This document shows positions 50,504 to 62,670 of a stretch of 64,000 bases of DNA, in pieces. The notes beneath the pieces are model-generated. The model made no database searches, was not told the origin of the DNA, and saw nothing but the letters and a program-made list of their open reading frames with translations. This DNA is from Mobula hypostoma (lineage: Eukaryota): contig NC_086107.1 in the NCBI RefSeq assembly GCF_963921235.1, forward strand, positions 104,906,001-104,970,000. The letters run 5' to 3'. A program made the translations under genes and the position numbers. Positions within the stretch are counted from its first letter, which is position 1; the number at the start of each line of letters is the position of its first letter.

Positions 50504-51589
50504 AGGATTGTACAGGATGATATATACGTACTTTAATGATAGATTTACTTTGAACTTAGCCGTAATTTATGCTTTTCCCACATCCTCTGATATTGGTCAA
50601 CTCTTTGAAGTGATGGTCACTGAACAGAATGCTTTGCATTTGTCCACTGTTTATGCCATTACACACAACAGCCAGCCTGACTTGTATACCTGGCTTGTTC
50701 TTCACTTACCAGGTCAGCTGCTTGGGCAGTCCTCAGTGCATTTGTAAAAGAACCCTTAGATCAAAGACACAGGAGCAGAATTAGGCCATTAAGCAGCTCG
50801 TCTGTTTCATCCGCCCCCCCCCAGCCTCCTGTTTCCTCCCCCGCCCCGCCCATGCTGACAAAGGCTCTCAGCCTGAAATGTTCATTCTGCTCCCTAGATG
50901 AACCCAGACTTGCTGAGTTCCTCCAGCACTTTGTGTGTGAGGTTCTAAAGAGGCGACAGAATTTATGACCAGAACACCAGCAGCTGAGCTGGATAAGGAA
51001 GGCCCAGCCGTCATGATTGGAGTGCAGTGCTCCTGCACTCCCAACTGGCTGCATCACTGCTTGGTACGGGAACTGTACCTCCCTCAGTCGCAGAGAGTGG
51101 TGCGGACAGCCCAGCGCATCTGTAGATGTGAACTTCCCGCTATTCAGGACATTTACAGAGACAGGTGTCAAAAAGGATCATTGGGGACCCGAGTCACCCC
51201 AACCACAATCCATTCCAGCTGCTACCAACCGGGAAACGGTACCGCAGCATAAAAGCCAGGACCAACAGGTTCCAGGACAGTATCTTCCACAGGTCACCAG
51301 ACTGATTAACTCCTGCTGACACAACTGTATTTCTATGTTATATTGACTATCCTGTTGTACATAAATTACTATAAATTGCACATTGCATATTTAGATGGAG
51401 ATGTAACATAAAGATTTTTACTCCTCACGTATATGAAGGATGTAAATAATTCAATTGAATAAATGTTTTTATGGATGTTATTTCCCGTCTTTAGGCAGTT
51501 TGATTCCCATATTGATATCATTTTGAACCTGGATGTGAATGCCTCAGCCTCGTCTTTAGTACTGACATATACTGGGTCCTGTTATCATT

Positions 51590-52220
51590 GAAGACCATTG
51601 GAAATAGGAGTAGGACTAGGCCATACTGCCCACTGAGGCTGCTGTTCTGATTTATTGTCCCTCACAACCCCGTTCCTGTAGAACATCTGCTTTAAATATA
51701 CCCAATGACTTGACCTCCACAGCCACCCGAGGCAATCAATTCCACAGATTCACCTCCTGCTGGCTGAAGAAATTCCTCCTCATCTCTGTTCTAAATGGAC
51801 ATCCCTCTATTCTGAGGCTGTGCCCACCAGTCCTAGACTCCCCCACTGCAGGAAACATCCTCTCCACATCTACTCTTTCAAAATTCGATAGGAATTCAGT
51901 GAGATCCCTCTCATTTTTCTAAACTCCAGTGAGTGCAGGCCCAGAGCCATCAAACGCTCCTCATACGTCAACCCTTTCATTCCTGGGATAATTTTTGTGA
52001 TCCTCCACTGGACCCTCTCCAAAGCCAGCACATCCTTTCTTAGAGACCAGGCCCAGAACTGCTCACTATACTGCAGATGCAGTCCAACCAATGCTTTACA
52101 AAGCCTCAGCATTACATCATTGTTTTTATATTCTATTCCCCTTGAATGAAAGCTAACGAAGTGCTTGCCTTCCTCACTACCGAACCAACCGGCAAGTTAA
52201 CCTTTCAGGAATCCTGTTCC
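51590..52220 (-). mobile_element. CR1 3' fragment
   Basis: LRKDVLALERVQ...GLTYEERL peptide. Confidence 0.88.
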
Positions 52221-52458
52221 TGAGATAACAATCACCTCTGTCTTCTCATTCAGCATCTGAGTGAATGTGTTGACATAACCACCAGTGTGGCAATATTGGT
52301 AGCTTTCTTCAATGTATTAGTGTCTAGAGTAGAATTTTGCTGAAAAAGGCCCTTCAGCCCATCTAGTCTGTGCCAAACTGTTATTGTGCCCAGCAACCCA
52401 CACCTGGACCATGCAATTCCATTCCATGTTTTATCCAAACCTCTCTTAAATGTTTTTT

Positions 52459-53069
52459 TTAGATTATGAGGACACTCAGTCCTCGTTTATTGTCATTTAG
52501 AAATGCATGCATTAAGGAATGATACAATGTACCTCCGGTATGATATCACAGAAACACAGGACAAACCAAGACTAAAACTGACAAAAACCACATAATTATA
52601 ACATATAGTTACAACAGTGCAAAGCAATACTGTAATTTGATAAAGAACAGACCATGGGCACAGTAAAAAAAAGTCTCAAAGTCCCGATAGCCCCAACATC
52701 TCGCGCAGACGGTAGAAGGGAGAAACTTTCCCTGCCGTGGGCTTCCAGCGCCGCAAACTTGCCGATGCAGCTTCAGGAAGCACCTGACCGCAGTCCGACT
52801 TCTGGGTCCATCCGTAAACTTCGAGCCTCCGACCAGCCCTCCGACACCGAGCACCATCTCTGCTGAGTGCTTCGACCCTGGCCCCGGCCACCGAGCAACA
52901 GGCAAAGCCGAGGATTCGGGGCCTACCCCTCTGGAGATTTCGGATTACACAGTAGCAGCGGCAGCGAAACAGGCATTTCAGAAGTTTCACCAGGTGTTTC
53001 TCCACGCTCTCACGTCTGCCTCCATAAAATCAGAATTGTGCACGGCCTCCTACTTGACATATTACAGAT
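52459..53069 (-). mobile_element. Fourth copy of the (TAATC)-tail non-autonomous element
   Basis: Homologous to 35795-36414. Confidence 0.85.
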
Positions 53070-53616
53070 CTAGAGTAGGTTGCATGGTCGGCACAACATT
53101 ATGGGCCGAAGGGCCTGTATTGTGCTGTAAATTTCTATGCTCTATACAAAATGGCAGAGGCTGTGTTTCTTCCTTTTTAAATTTATTTATTTATTTATTT
53201 AAAGTTTTTATTTGTCAAACCTGCTTGAGTGCACACGTCTGCTACACCCAGCCGGTCCAGAGAACAGAAACATTACATCTGCCGAAGATCAAAGCCATGG
53301 CACCTGTTGACTCAGAGGAGAAATAATAATTAGACCTGCAATTTTCACTACGTCTTATGGATAACATCATGCTAATTCCACAAAATGAGATCTAAGAGCC
53401 GTTCCTGTGTTTCCTCAACATTAGGATGTAAGAAACCATCTTGTGTGCATAACGCACCATGAATTATCTCTCCAATGTGAAGACTTTATCTGTCAGTGCT
53501 TGTGTTGATTGAAGTTCCCCATGATTATCACCACTGTTACACACACCTCTAGTTTTATGATCGCATGCATACCCAATGTTACAATTACTGCAAGCTTTGC
53601 TATTTGCACCTACTCG

Positions 53617-54143
53617 CAGACATCCCACCCTGCAAAAACTCATTTCAGGGAGGTAGCACCATCAATTTGCGGGAAACTCCTGGAACTTCCGGGAGAGGCG
53701 GGATGTCTGCAATACAGTAGCTCCTTAGCAGCTGGCCAGCTAGTTTAAAGAACATTAGTTATACTAATGAACGAATGACACCTGTTAAACTCGCCTCAAC
53801 ATGTCCTTTATAGTCTTAACCCACCATGGGCAATAGAAGAGTCACTGTTGCAAACAGTGCAGCGAGCAACACTGTCATTATTTTTGACTCCTATTGGACA
53901 GGGGTACACTTTAGTGTCGTCTGGGGTGACGTACGTTTTATATATTTTTTTGGAACACTCTGCCATGGCGCACTCTCGCTCGCGCGCTCTCTCTCTCTCT
54001 CGTGCTCTCACTTGCTTTCTGTCTCGCTCTCTTGCTCTCAAAAAGATTGACTTCCGTGATATTGTATATAATTTGCAGGCATCAGGGAGCCACTATTAAT
54101 ATGCGGGAGACTCCTGGAACTTCCGGGAGAGGTGGGATGTCTG
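53617..54143 (-). mobile_element. Internally deleted DNA transposon (hAT-like) retaining a zinc-finger N-terminus
   Basis: 13-bp TIR CAGACATCCCACC/GGTGGGATGTCTG; flanks TACTCG and TACTCA; peptide ARCTVCNSDSSIAHGG. Confidence 0.75.
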
Positions 54144-55040
54144 TACTCATGTCCACTGGCTCTCCCAGCATCTACTCTACTAGACACAACCCTGAAGAAC
54201 ATGACCTTTTGATAAACACAAGAAAGTCTACAGATACTGGAAATCCAGAGAGACCTCACACTAAATGCTGGAGTTACTGGGCAGGTCAGGCAATGCCTAT
54301 GCAAATGAATAAACAGTCGACGTTTCGGGCTGAGACCCTTCTTCAGACCTTTTGAGTCTTCCACCTGGAGTATTCCCTTGGTTTCCCGACCTGCTGAGAA
54401 TTTCCAGCTTTTCCTGTTTGTATTACAGACAAAATGTATTCATGCTTTGATGATAAATTTACTTTGAACTTCAAAAGGGGTTGAACAGGGAATGTATCAG
54501 TTGTGATCTAACAGCAGAGCAGACTCGATGGGCTGAATGGCTTAATACTGTGCAACACACACATACACACACTGGAGGAACTCAGCAGGACTGCCAAAGG
54601 GTTGTTTCGGCCCAAAACGTTTTCTGCACTTTTTTTTCCATAGACGCTGCCTGGCCCGCTGAGTTCCTCCAGCATTTTGTGTGTGTTGCTCGGATTTCAG
54701 CATTTGCAGATTTTTCTCTTGTTTGTGGCTTAATACTGTACTTTGTTATGGTCCTGTGGCTGTTAATGCAAACGACACATTTTACTGCATATTTTAAAGC
54801 ACAAGTGATAAATAAATCTGAATCTGAATCAGATGCTCCAGCCACTGTTTTTACTGCTGAATTTCTCCAACCGTTTTATTTTGCTCCAAAGTCCATCATC
54901 TGCAGTCTCCAGTTATTTTGTTTAGTCTGGATTTCAAACGACAATGTGGGTTTTAATTTATTTTACTGGACGCTGCAGCGGGTTGTGGAGGGAGGGGTGC
55001 AGCGGTGAGACTGAGAGAGTGTAAAAGGGTAAAAGGTTGC

Positions 55041-55122
55041 TGGCAGCGGTGGGATTCGAACCCACGCCCCCGAAGAGACTGGAGCCTTAATCCAGCGCCT
55101 TAGACCGCTCGGCCACGCTACC
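55041..55122 (-). tRNA. tRNA-Leu(AAG)
   Basis: 82-nt GGTAGCGTGGCCGAGCGG...GGTTCGAATCCCACCGCTGCCA; anticodon arm CTGGA-TTAAGGC-TCCAG; long variable arm; T4 terminators at 55031-55034 and 55023-55026. Confidence 0.98.
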
Positions 55123-55554
55123 GACTGACGAGCTCTCAGCCCGGGCGCGCTCTGAAGCAAGCAGTATAATGATGCAAAAGTCAGTCATCGACATTATCGA
55201 CCGATTCCGATTAAAACGCTCTTTCCGATCAGGGGAACAGTGAATTAAAAGCTGGCTGGAAAGTCAGGCCGCTACCCGACGCGGTCGCGTTTGACTGCAC
55301 TGCCTCAAACCACGAGGCCGCACGAAGCCTGCGGCCTGGCGCTATTGGCGGATCCGTCGCCGTTGAGGGTCCACCAGGCCAGGGGGAGCGTGATCATTTC
55401 TCTTTTAGCGTCGGGGGCAGCTTGTTCCCCTGTCCGGTGAAATCTCAGTTACAATGAGGACGGTTGTGCGGACACATTCATAGACATAATTTATTGCCAA
55501 TGTTTCGGTCCAGGATCGCTTCTAGAATGTGTTTACGGAAACCAGCTTCCACAA

Positions 55555-55636
55555 GGTAGCGTGGCCGAGCGGTCTAAGGCGCTGGATTAAGGCTCCAGTC
55601 TCTTCGGGGGCGTGGGTTCGAATCCCACCGCTGCCA
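55555..55636 (+). tRNA. tRNA-Leu(AAG)
   Basis: Same 82-nt sequence with intact A and B boxes; TTTT terminator at 55642-55645. Confidence 0.98.
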
Positions 55637-55699
55637 GTCACTTTTGCTCTAATAGTAAATTAAATATACTGTTCAAATATACATCTAATGTTTTCACAT

Positions 55700-57040
55700 T
55701 TCAAAGTATATTTATTATCAAAGTGCATATGTTTCACCACATGCAACCCTGACTTCCATTTTCTTGCCCGGGGCATACTCAGTAGATCCAAGAAACTTAA
55801 TAGAAACAATCAAAGACCACAACCAACGTGCAAAAGAAAACAAAAATGTGCAAGTACCAAAAAAAAGATAAGTAACTAATAAATATGCAGAACATGAGAT
55901 GAAAAGTCCTTAAAAATAAGTCCATAGGTTGTGGAAGCGTTTCGGTGATGTGGCAAGTGAAGTTACCCCCACTGGTTCAAAAGCCTGACAGCTGAGGGGT
56001 ATTAACTGTTGCTGAACCTGGTGGTGCAGGTCCTGAGGCTCCTGTACCTTCTCCCTGATGCAGCAGCAAGAAGAAAGCAGGGCCTAGGTGGTGAGGGTAC
56101 TTGATGATGGATGCTGCTTTCCTATAACAATACTCCGTGTAGATGTGCTCGATGGTGGGGAGGGTTTTACCTGTGATGGACTGGGCTGTATCCACTACCT
56201 TTGCAAGAGTTTCCATTCAAGGGCATTGGTGTTTCCATACCAGACCATGATTCAACCAGGCAATATCAAAGTTTGGCAAAGTTTTAGATGTCATGTTGAA
56301 TCTTCGCAAACTTCTAAAGAAGTAGAGCAGCTGCCGTGCGTACTTTGTAATTGCACTTATGTGCTGGGCCTGGCCTCAGAGTAGATCCTCTGAAATATTA
56401 ACACCAAGGAATTTAAAGTTGCTGACCCTCTCCACCCCTGGTCCCACGATAAAGACTGGCTCATGGACCTCCAGTTTCCCCCCGCTGAAGTCAGCTCCTT
56501 GGTCTCGTTGACATTGAGTGGGAGGTTGTTGTTGTGGCACCACTCCGCAGATTTTCAGTCTCCCTCCTTGACGCTGAGTCGTCGCCATCTTTGATTCAGC
56601 CAATGACAGTGGTGTTGTCAGCAAACTTGAATATGGCATTGGAACTGTGCTTAGCCTCACAGTCGTAAGTGTAAAGTGAGTAGAGCTGTGGCCTCGTGGT
56701 TCACTTGTGCTAATGGAGATCGTGGAGGAGGTGTTGCTGCCAATCTGAACTGATTGGGGTCTGCAAGTGATGACATCAACGATCCAATTGCACAAGGAGG
56801 TACTGAGGCCCAGCCTTTGAAGATCATTGATTAGTTTTGAGTGAACGATAGTATTGGACACAGAGCTGTAGTTGATGAAGAGCATCCTGGTGTATACAGC
56901 TATGCTGTCCAGATGCCCCCGTGTTGAGCAAACAGCCAATGAAATGGCACCTGTTGTGGACCTGATAAGCTGGTAGGCAAATTGGAGTGGATTCGCGTCA
57001 CTTTTCAGGCAGGAGTTGATACGTTTCATCGACAACCTCT
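55700..57040 (-). mobile_element. Rex1/Babar-like LINE, RT plus 3' end, decayed
   Basis: PLQFAY..RST..AI...HLD...RMLF.NYSS..NTI...LCNWI.D...RPQ.V peptide. Confidence 0.85.
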
Positions 57041-57362
57041 AAGAGCATCTCATCACAGTGGATGTGATCCCCAATCAGAAGCCCTGGATGAACTATGAGA
57101 TCTGAGATATGCTGAGGGCCAGATCAGTCATTCAAGTCTGGCGACCAAGAATGCTACAAGAGGTGAAGGAATGACCTCCCAGCTTCTCACTTCATTCACC
57201 CCCCCACCCACATTCCCCCTCACCTGGTTTCAACTATGAGGTGATACCAGCAGGTACACATTCCACTCCCCCCACCTTCTTATTCTGGCTTCTGTCGCCT
57301 TCCTCTTCAGTCCTGATGAAAGGCCTCAGCACAGAATATTGATTGTTTATTCCTCTCCATGG

Positions 57363-57935
57363 CACATAGAAAACTACAGTACAGTAACAGGCCATTCGGC
57401 CCACAATGTTGTGCCGAACCAGATAAAAAACAAACCTAAAACACCCAAACACTAATCCCTCCTACCTACACCACCTTCATATCCCCCCATCTTCTTCAAA
57501 TCCATGTGTCTATCCAAATGTCTCTTAAAAGCCTCTATTGTATTTGCCTCTTCCACCATACCAGGCATCCACCACTCTCTGAGTAAAAACTTAACCTCAC
57601 ATCCCCTTTGAACCTACCCCTCTCACCTTCAATGCATGCCCTCTGATATAAGACATTTCAACTCTGGGAAACAGATACACCCTGTCTACTCTCACAATCT
57701 TATAAACCTCTATCAGATCTCCCCTCAGCCTCTGACACTCCAGAGAGAACAACCCAAGTTTATCCAGCCTCTCGTGATAGCACATACCCTCTAAACCAGG
57801 CAGCATTCTGGTAAATCTCTTCTGCACCCTCTCCAAAACCTCAACATCCTTCCTGTAGTGAGGCAACCAGAACTGTATGCAATACTCCAAATGTGGCCTA
57901 ACCAGAGTTTTATAAGGTTGCAACGTAACTTCTTG
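57363..57935 (-). mobile_element. CR1 3' fragment nested in a Penelope pLTR (about 57175-57990)
   Basis: [16 protein letters not shown] peptide; pLTR text on both sides. Confidence 0.8.
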
Positions 57936-58186
57936 CCTTTTGTCCATAGATGCTGCCTAACCTGCTGAGTTCTTCCATCCAGTGTGTGTGTGAATCTGTG
58001 GAAAAACTCAACGGGTCGAGCAACAGCCACTGGGGGAAAGGAATTGTTGCCATTTCCATTTGAAACTTGCATCAGGATAAAGTGTGGAGAAGGTAGACAG
58101 CCAGTATAAGGAGGAATGGAGGAGTGGTGAACACAGGGATGGGTAGCCCCCTACTTTCTGAAGCTGACCAGAGATCTGTCTGTGTT

Positions 58187-59330
58187 ATAGATAGATAGAT
58201 AGATACTTTATTGATCCCAAAGGGAATTACAGTGTTGCAGTAACGTTACAAGTGCACAGATACATAAATATTAGAAGAGAAGTAAGAAAGGATAAAAAAT
58301 AAGTTATCGCAAAAAGTTTTACAGGAGGGGGTCATCACTTCCCCAGCTATGGCTTGGCTCATTATAGAGCCTAATGGCCGAGGGTAAGAATGACCTCATG
58401 TACAGTACCGCTCTTTGGAGCAGCACAGTTGTCTTAGTCTATCACTAAAAGTGCTCCTCTGTTCAGCCAAGGTGGCATGCAGAGGGTGAGAAACATTGTC
58501 CAGAATTGCCGGGTTTTCTGGAGGGTCCTTTGTTCTACCATACGCCCTCCAGTGTGTCCAGTTTGACTCCTATAACAGAGCCAGCCTTTCTAATCAGTTT
58601 ACTGAGCCTGTTGTCATCACCCTTGTTGATGCCATTGCCCCAGCAAACCACCGCAAAGGGGATTGTACCGGTGACAACAGACTGGTAGAACATGTGAAGG
58701 AGAGGCCTGCACACTCCAAAGGACCTCAGCCTCCTCAGGAAGTAGAGGCAACTCTGGTCCTTCTAGTACACAGCTTCTGTGTTGGTGCTCCACTCAAGTC
58801 TGTCATCCAGGTGAACCCCAGGTACTTGTAGGTCCTCACCACATCCACGTCCTCACCATCAATAGTAACAGGGAGTATTCGTGAAGTCCATCACCATCTC
58901 CCTTGTCTTACTGATGTTGAGCTGCAAATAGTTCAGCTTGCACCATTTCAGAAAGTCCTCCACCAGGTCTCTGTATTTGCCCTGTTACATACCTCATGCC
59001 TATCTTGTGACTGTCTTATGAGGATGGTGTAATGGTCTTGCGGAGGTCACACAATGTAATTTTCCCATCAGTGAGGTCACATGATGACCTGTTCTCAACA
59101 GGTATATAAAAGGGAGACCCTGGTGACACAGTTAGGGTTTTCAGTTTAGTTTTGTGTTAGATACTCTGTTTTTGTTTATAAAACCTGACTCATTTCTATA
59201 TTCATTGTTGCCGGTCACGTGACAACCCTCACGTCCTCCCTTTACACACCTAACTATTGCTGAGTCACCAGAGAATTTCGCAGATGATAAGACTCAGTGT
59301 TGTAATCAAAGTCCCAGGACACAGGGTAGA
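58187..59330 (-). mobile_element. Rex1-like LINE 3' part with (ATCT)n tail, split by a solo LTR
   Basis: (taga)n tail at 58187-58204; YKYLGFTWMT-type RT C-terminus. Confidence 0.75.
58983..59224 (+). mobile_element. Solo LTR, 242 bp
   Basis: TGTTAC...GTGACA termini; near-TSD GCCC/ACCC; TATATAAAAG box near 59103; host LINE resumes after it. Confidence 0.7.
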
Positions 59331-60396
59331 TGTGATGTGTTCTCACCTGATTTCATTTCAGAGATGTTAGAGAGCTTGTCCAAAGAGGCAATCGAGTGAT
59401 GATAGGCCACCTTGAACATTCACCTGCTACTCAAGACCACCCTTACCACACAAATGGGCACTGAGGTTCTGCAAACACTGGCTCGAGAGAGCTGAGAAAC
59501 TGCAGACACAACACAACAGGATCGGTGGGGGGGGGGGATATGGATAGATTACGTGAAAGGCAAGAAACTTCAGAGGAATAAGGTGGAAAAAGGAGAGGTT
59601 GTCCACATTTACCAAGAATGTAAACAGAAACCACTATTTAAACCGAGAGAAATTATGAAATGTTGCAATACAAAAGGATCTAAAACTCTGTAAGTTAGCA
59701 TGCAGGAGAATAAAGTAACAATGGAGGCTGACGGAATGCTGTCCTTTGTCACAAATTGAGAGACGCTTTGAGTGAAAGGCTGGTGGGATCAAAGGAAGTG
59801 TTTGTGATTAGCGATAGATAGACTCTCAGACTGACTGAAAGAGGGTTAAAGTTTATTACCCGCAGGTCTGTCTGCGAGGGGTGAAGGAGATCAAAGAGTG
59901 GGAAAAGACCAAAGCTCCAGAGAAGTTTGTTACAAACACAGCAGTTGCTGCAAGTCTGAGATAAAGGGAAAACTGAAAATGTCCAGCAGGTCAGGTAGCG
60001 TCTGTGGAAAGAGAAACAATCAATGATTTGGAAGTGCGACCCTTCCTCAGAATTGAGGTAGAGAAAAGTTAGCTTAGGTAGCAGAAAAGGTGGAGGAGGG
60101 TGACAGTTACGGTCTTAAGACATGGGAGCAGAATTAAGCCAAATGGTCTATCGAGTTTGCATGGCCATTCTGTCATTGGCTGATCCTGCTCAACGCCATT
60201 CTCTCCATCTCTGATGGCAGCTTGGGCCTTCTCCCCCAACCTTTGACACCCTGACTAATCAAGAACCTATCAACCTCTGCTTTAAATATACCCAATGACT
60301 TGGCCTCCACAGCCGCCTGTGGCAATGAATTCCACAGATTCACCACCCTCTGGCTAAAGAAATCATCTCTGTTCTAAAGCAATGTCTTTTTATTCT

Positions 60397-60987
60397 CAAA
60401 CAACAGGAATTCTGCAGATGCTGGAAATTCAAGCAACACACATCAAAGTTGCTGGTGAACGCAGCAGGCCAAGCAGCATCTGTAGGAAGAGGCGCAGTTG
60501 ACGTTTCAGGCCGAGACCCTTCGTCAGGACTAACTGAAGGAAGAGTGAGTAAGGGATTTGAAAGTTGGAGGGGGAGGGGGAGATCCAAAATGATAGGAGA
60601 AGATAGGAGGGGGAGGGATAGAGCCGAGAGCTGGACAGGTGATTGCCAAAGGGGATACGAGAGGATCATGGGACAGGAAGTCCGGGAAGAAAGACAAGGG
60701 GGGGGGACCCAGAGGATGGGCAAGGGGTATATTCAGAGGGACAGAGGGAGAAAAAGGAGAGTGAGAGAAAGAATGTGTGTATAAAAATAAGTAACAGATG
60801 GGGTACGAGGGGGAGGTGGGGCATTAGCGGAAGTTAGAGAAGTCGATGTTCATGCCATCAGGTTGGAGGCTACCCAGACGGAATATAAGGTGTTGTTCCT
60901 CCAACCTGAGTGTGGCTTCATCTTTACAGTAGAGGAGGCCGTAGATAGACATGTCAGAATGGGAATGGGATGTGGAATTAAAATGTG
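60397..60987 (-). mobile_element. Young Penelope-like element 3' end (GIY-YIG C-terminus plus pLTR) inserted in a CR1
   Basis: Perfect 14-bp TSD TGTCTTTTTATTCT at 60383-60396 and 60988-61001; RLEEQHLIFRLGSLQPDG peptide. Confidence 0.9.
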
Positions 60988-61309
60988 TGTCTTTTTATTC
61001 TGATGCTTTCCCACGACTGGAAACATCCTCTCTGTGTCCACTGCATCTAGGCTTTCAATATTTGGTAAGTTTCAATGCGATTTCCCCTCATTCTTCTAAA
61101 CTCCAGAAAGTAGAGGCTCAGAGCCATCAAATGCGCCTCATATGTTAGCCCTTTCATTCCCAGGATCATTCTTGTGAACTTCCTCTGGACCTTCTCCGGT
61201 AATTTCACCAGTAATCTGCTATTCATATCCGGTATGACAGATTTCACCCATATATATATATATATATATATAGTCCTTGATTCTAACAAAGAATAAGAAT
61301 AGTTGGGTA

Positions 61310-62170
61310 AACACAAGAGGTTCTGAAGATGCTGGAAATGCAGAGAAGTACGCACAAAATGCTAAAGGAACTCAGCAGGCCAGGCAGCTTCTGTGTCAGG
61401 GGTCCACCGAACCCCCCCTCCCAGTTAATGGTAAGAGTCCAAAAGGTTGGGAACCCCCGATCTATGGAATTGAATAAACAGTCGACGTTTCAGGCCGAAA
61501 CCCTTCCTCAGGACTGAAAAGGAAGGGAAAGATGCCAGAATAAAAAGGTGGGGGGAGGGGAAGGAGGAGAGCTGGAAGGTGAGGCCAGGTGGGTGGGAAA
61601 GATAAAGGGCTGGAGAAGAAGGAATCTGACAGGGGAGGAGGGTGGACCATGGGAGAAAAGGAAGGAGATGGGTGGTCCCAGGGGGAGGTGAGAAGAGATA
61701 AAAGGCCAGAGTGGGGAATAGAAGAGGGGGAGGGGAGTGGGAAGGGGAAAAGGTGGGGTAAGGGGAATTTTCTTTTTGACCAGAAGGAAAACTCGATATT
61801 CAGGCCATCAGGTTGGAGGCTACCCAGACGGAATATAAGATGTTGCTCCTCCAAGCTGAGAGTAGCCTCGTCTTCGCATAAGAGGAGGCCATGGACTGAC
61901 ATGTCAAAACGGGAACGGGAATGAGAATTAAAATGTTTGGCCACCGGGAAGCTCCGCTTGTGGCGGATGGTGCGGAGATGCTCGAGGAAGGGGGGGTCCC
62001 CAAATTTACGGCGGGTCTCACCAGTCGCATCGGGAGCACCGGGCACAACAGACGACCCCGGCAGATTCGCGGGTGAGGTGTTGCCTCGCCTGGAAGGATT
62101 GTTAGGACCCTGAATGGAGGTGAGGGAGCAGGTGAATGGGCAATTGCAGCACTTTGGCCGCTTGGAGGGA
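61310..62170 (-). mobile_element. Penelope-like element 3' part with GIY-YIG endonuclease remnant and pLTR; a hAT MITE remnant lies at about 61397-61460
   Basis: GETRR...EHLR...PVAKHFNS...LEEQHLIFRLGSLQPDGLNIEFS peptide. Confidence 0.9.
61479..61516 (-). ncRNA. Minimal type-I hammerhead ribozyme motif
   Basis: Minus strand reads CAGTC-CTGAGGA-AGG(GTTTCGG)CCT-GAAA-CG-TC/GACTG, with a 5-bp stem I and complete core. Confidence 0.8.
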
Positions 62171-62544
62171 GGTTAGTGTTAACGGTGTGAAGTCTGGGTT
62201 TATTTGCCGACTCTGGTTTACTGGGGCATGATCAACAGGCCAGACTACACGAATGAAAGACATAAAGGGCAAAGGCAAGTAGACAACATCAAAGAGGTTA
62301 GCACAGGAAGAGATGCTGTGAGGATGTAACCTCATTTACAAACACTGGTTACGGAAGGATATGATGGATACGGACCAAATGCGGGCGAATGGGACGAGTT
62401 TAGATCGAAATGTTGTCGGCTGAGGGGAAAGGGCCCGTTTGTTCTGACTCTATCCGGAGGCGTTGTTGTTGACAGACCACCACCCCACGTTAGAGATGGG
62501 CTTTCGCCGTGAGACAGCCGCAGAGAGAGGCTTCGGGCCGCGAA

Positions 62545-62670
62545 CACGAGAAAGTCTGCAGGCGCTGGAAATCCAAAGCAACACACACTCAAAACGCTGG
62601 AGGAACTCAGCAGGCCGGGCAGCAGAGTAAACAGCGGACGTTTCGGGCCGAGACCCTTCTTCAGTCCGGG
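62545..62670 (-). mobile_element. Penelope pLTR fragment upstream of HEBP1; others at about 50850-50940, 54215-54350 and 54590-54720
   Basis: gacgtttcgggccgagacccttcttcag. Confidence 0.75.

Noticed and set aside
55123..55554. Separate structured ncRNA (telomerase, vault or Y RNA) between the tRNAs
   Set aside because: No telomeric template and no vault or Y terminal stems recognised; only short hairpins
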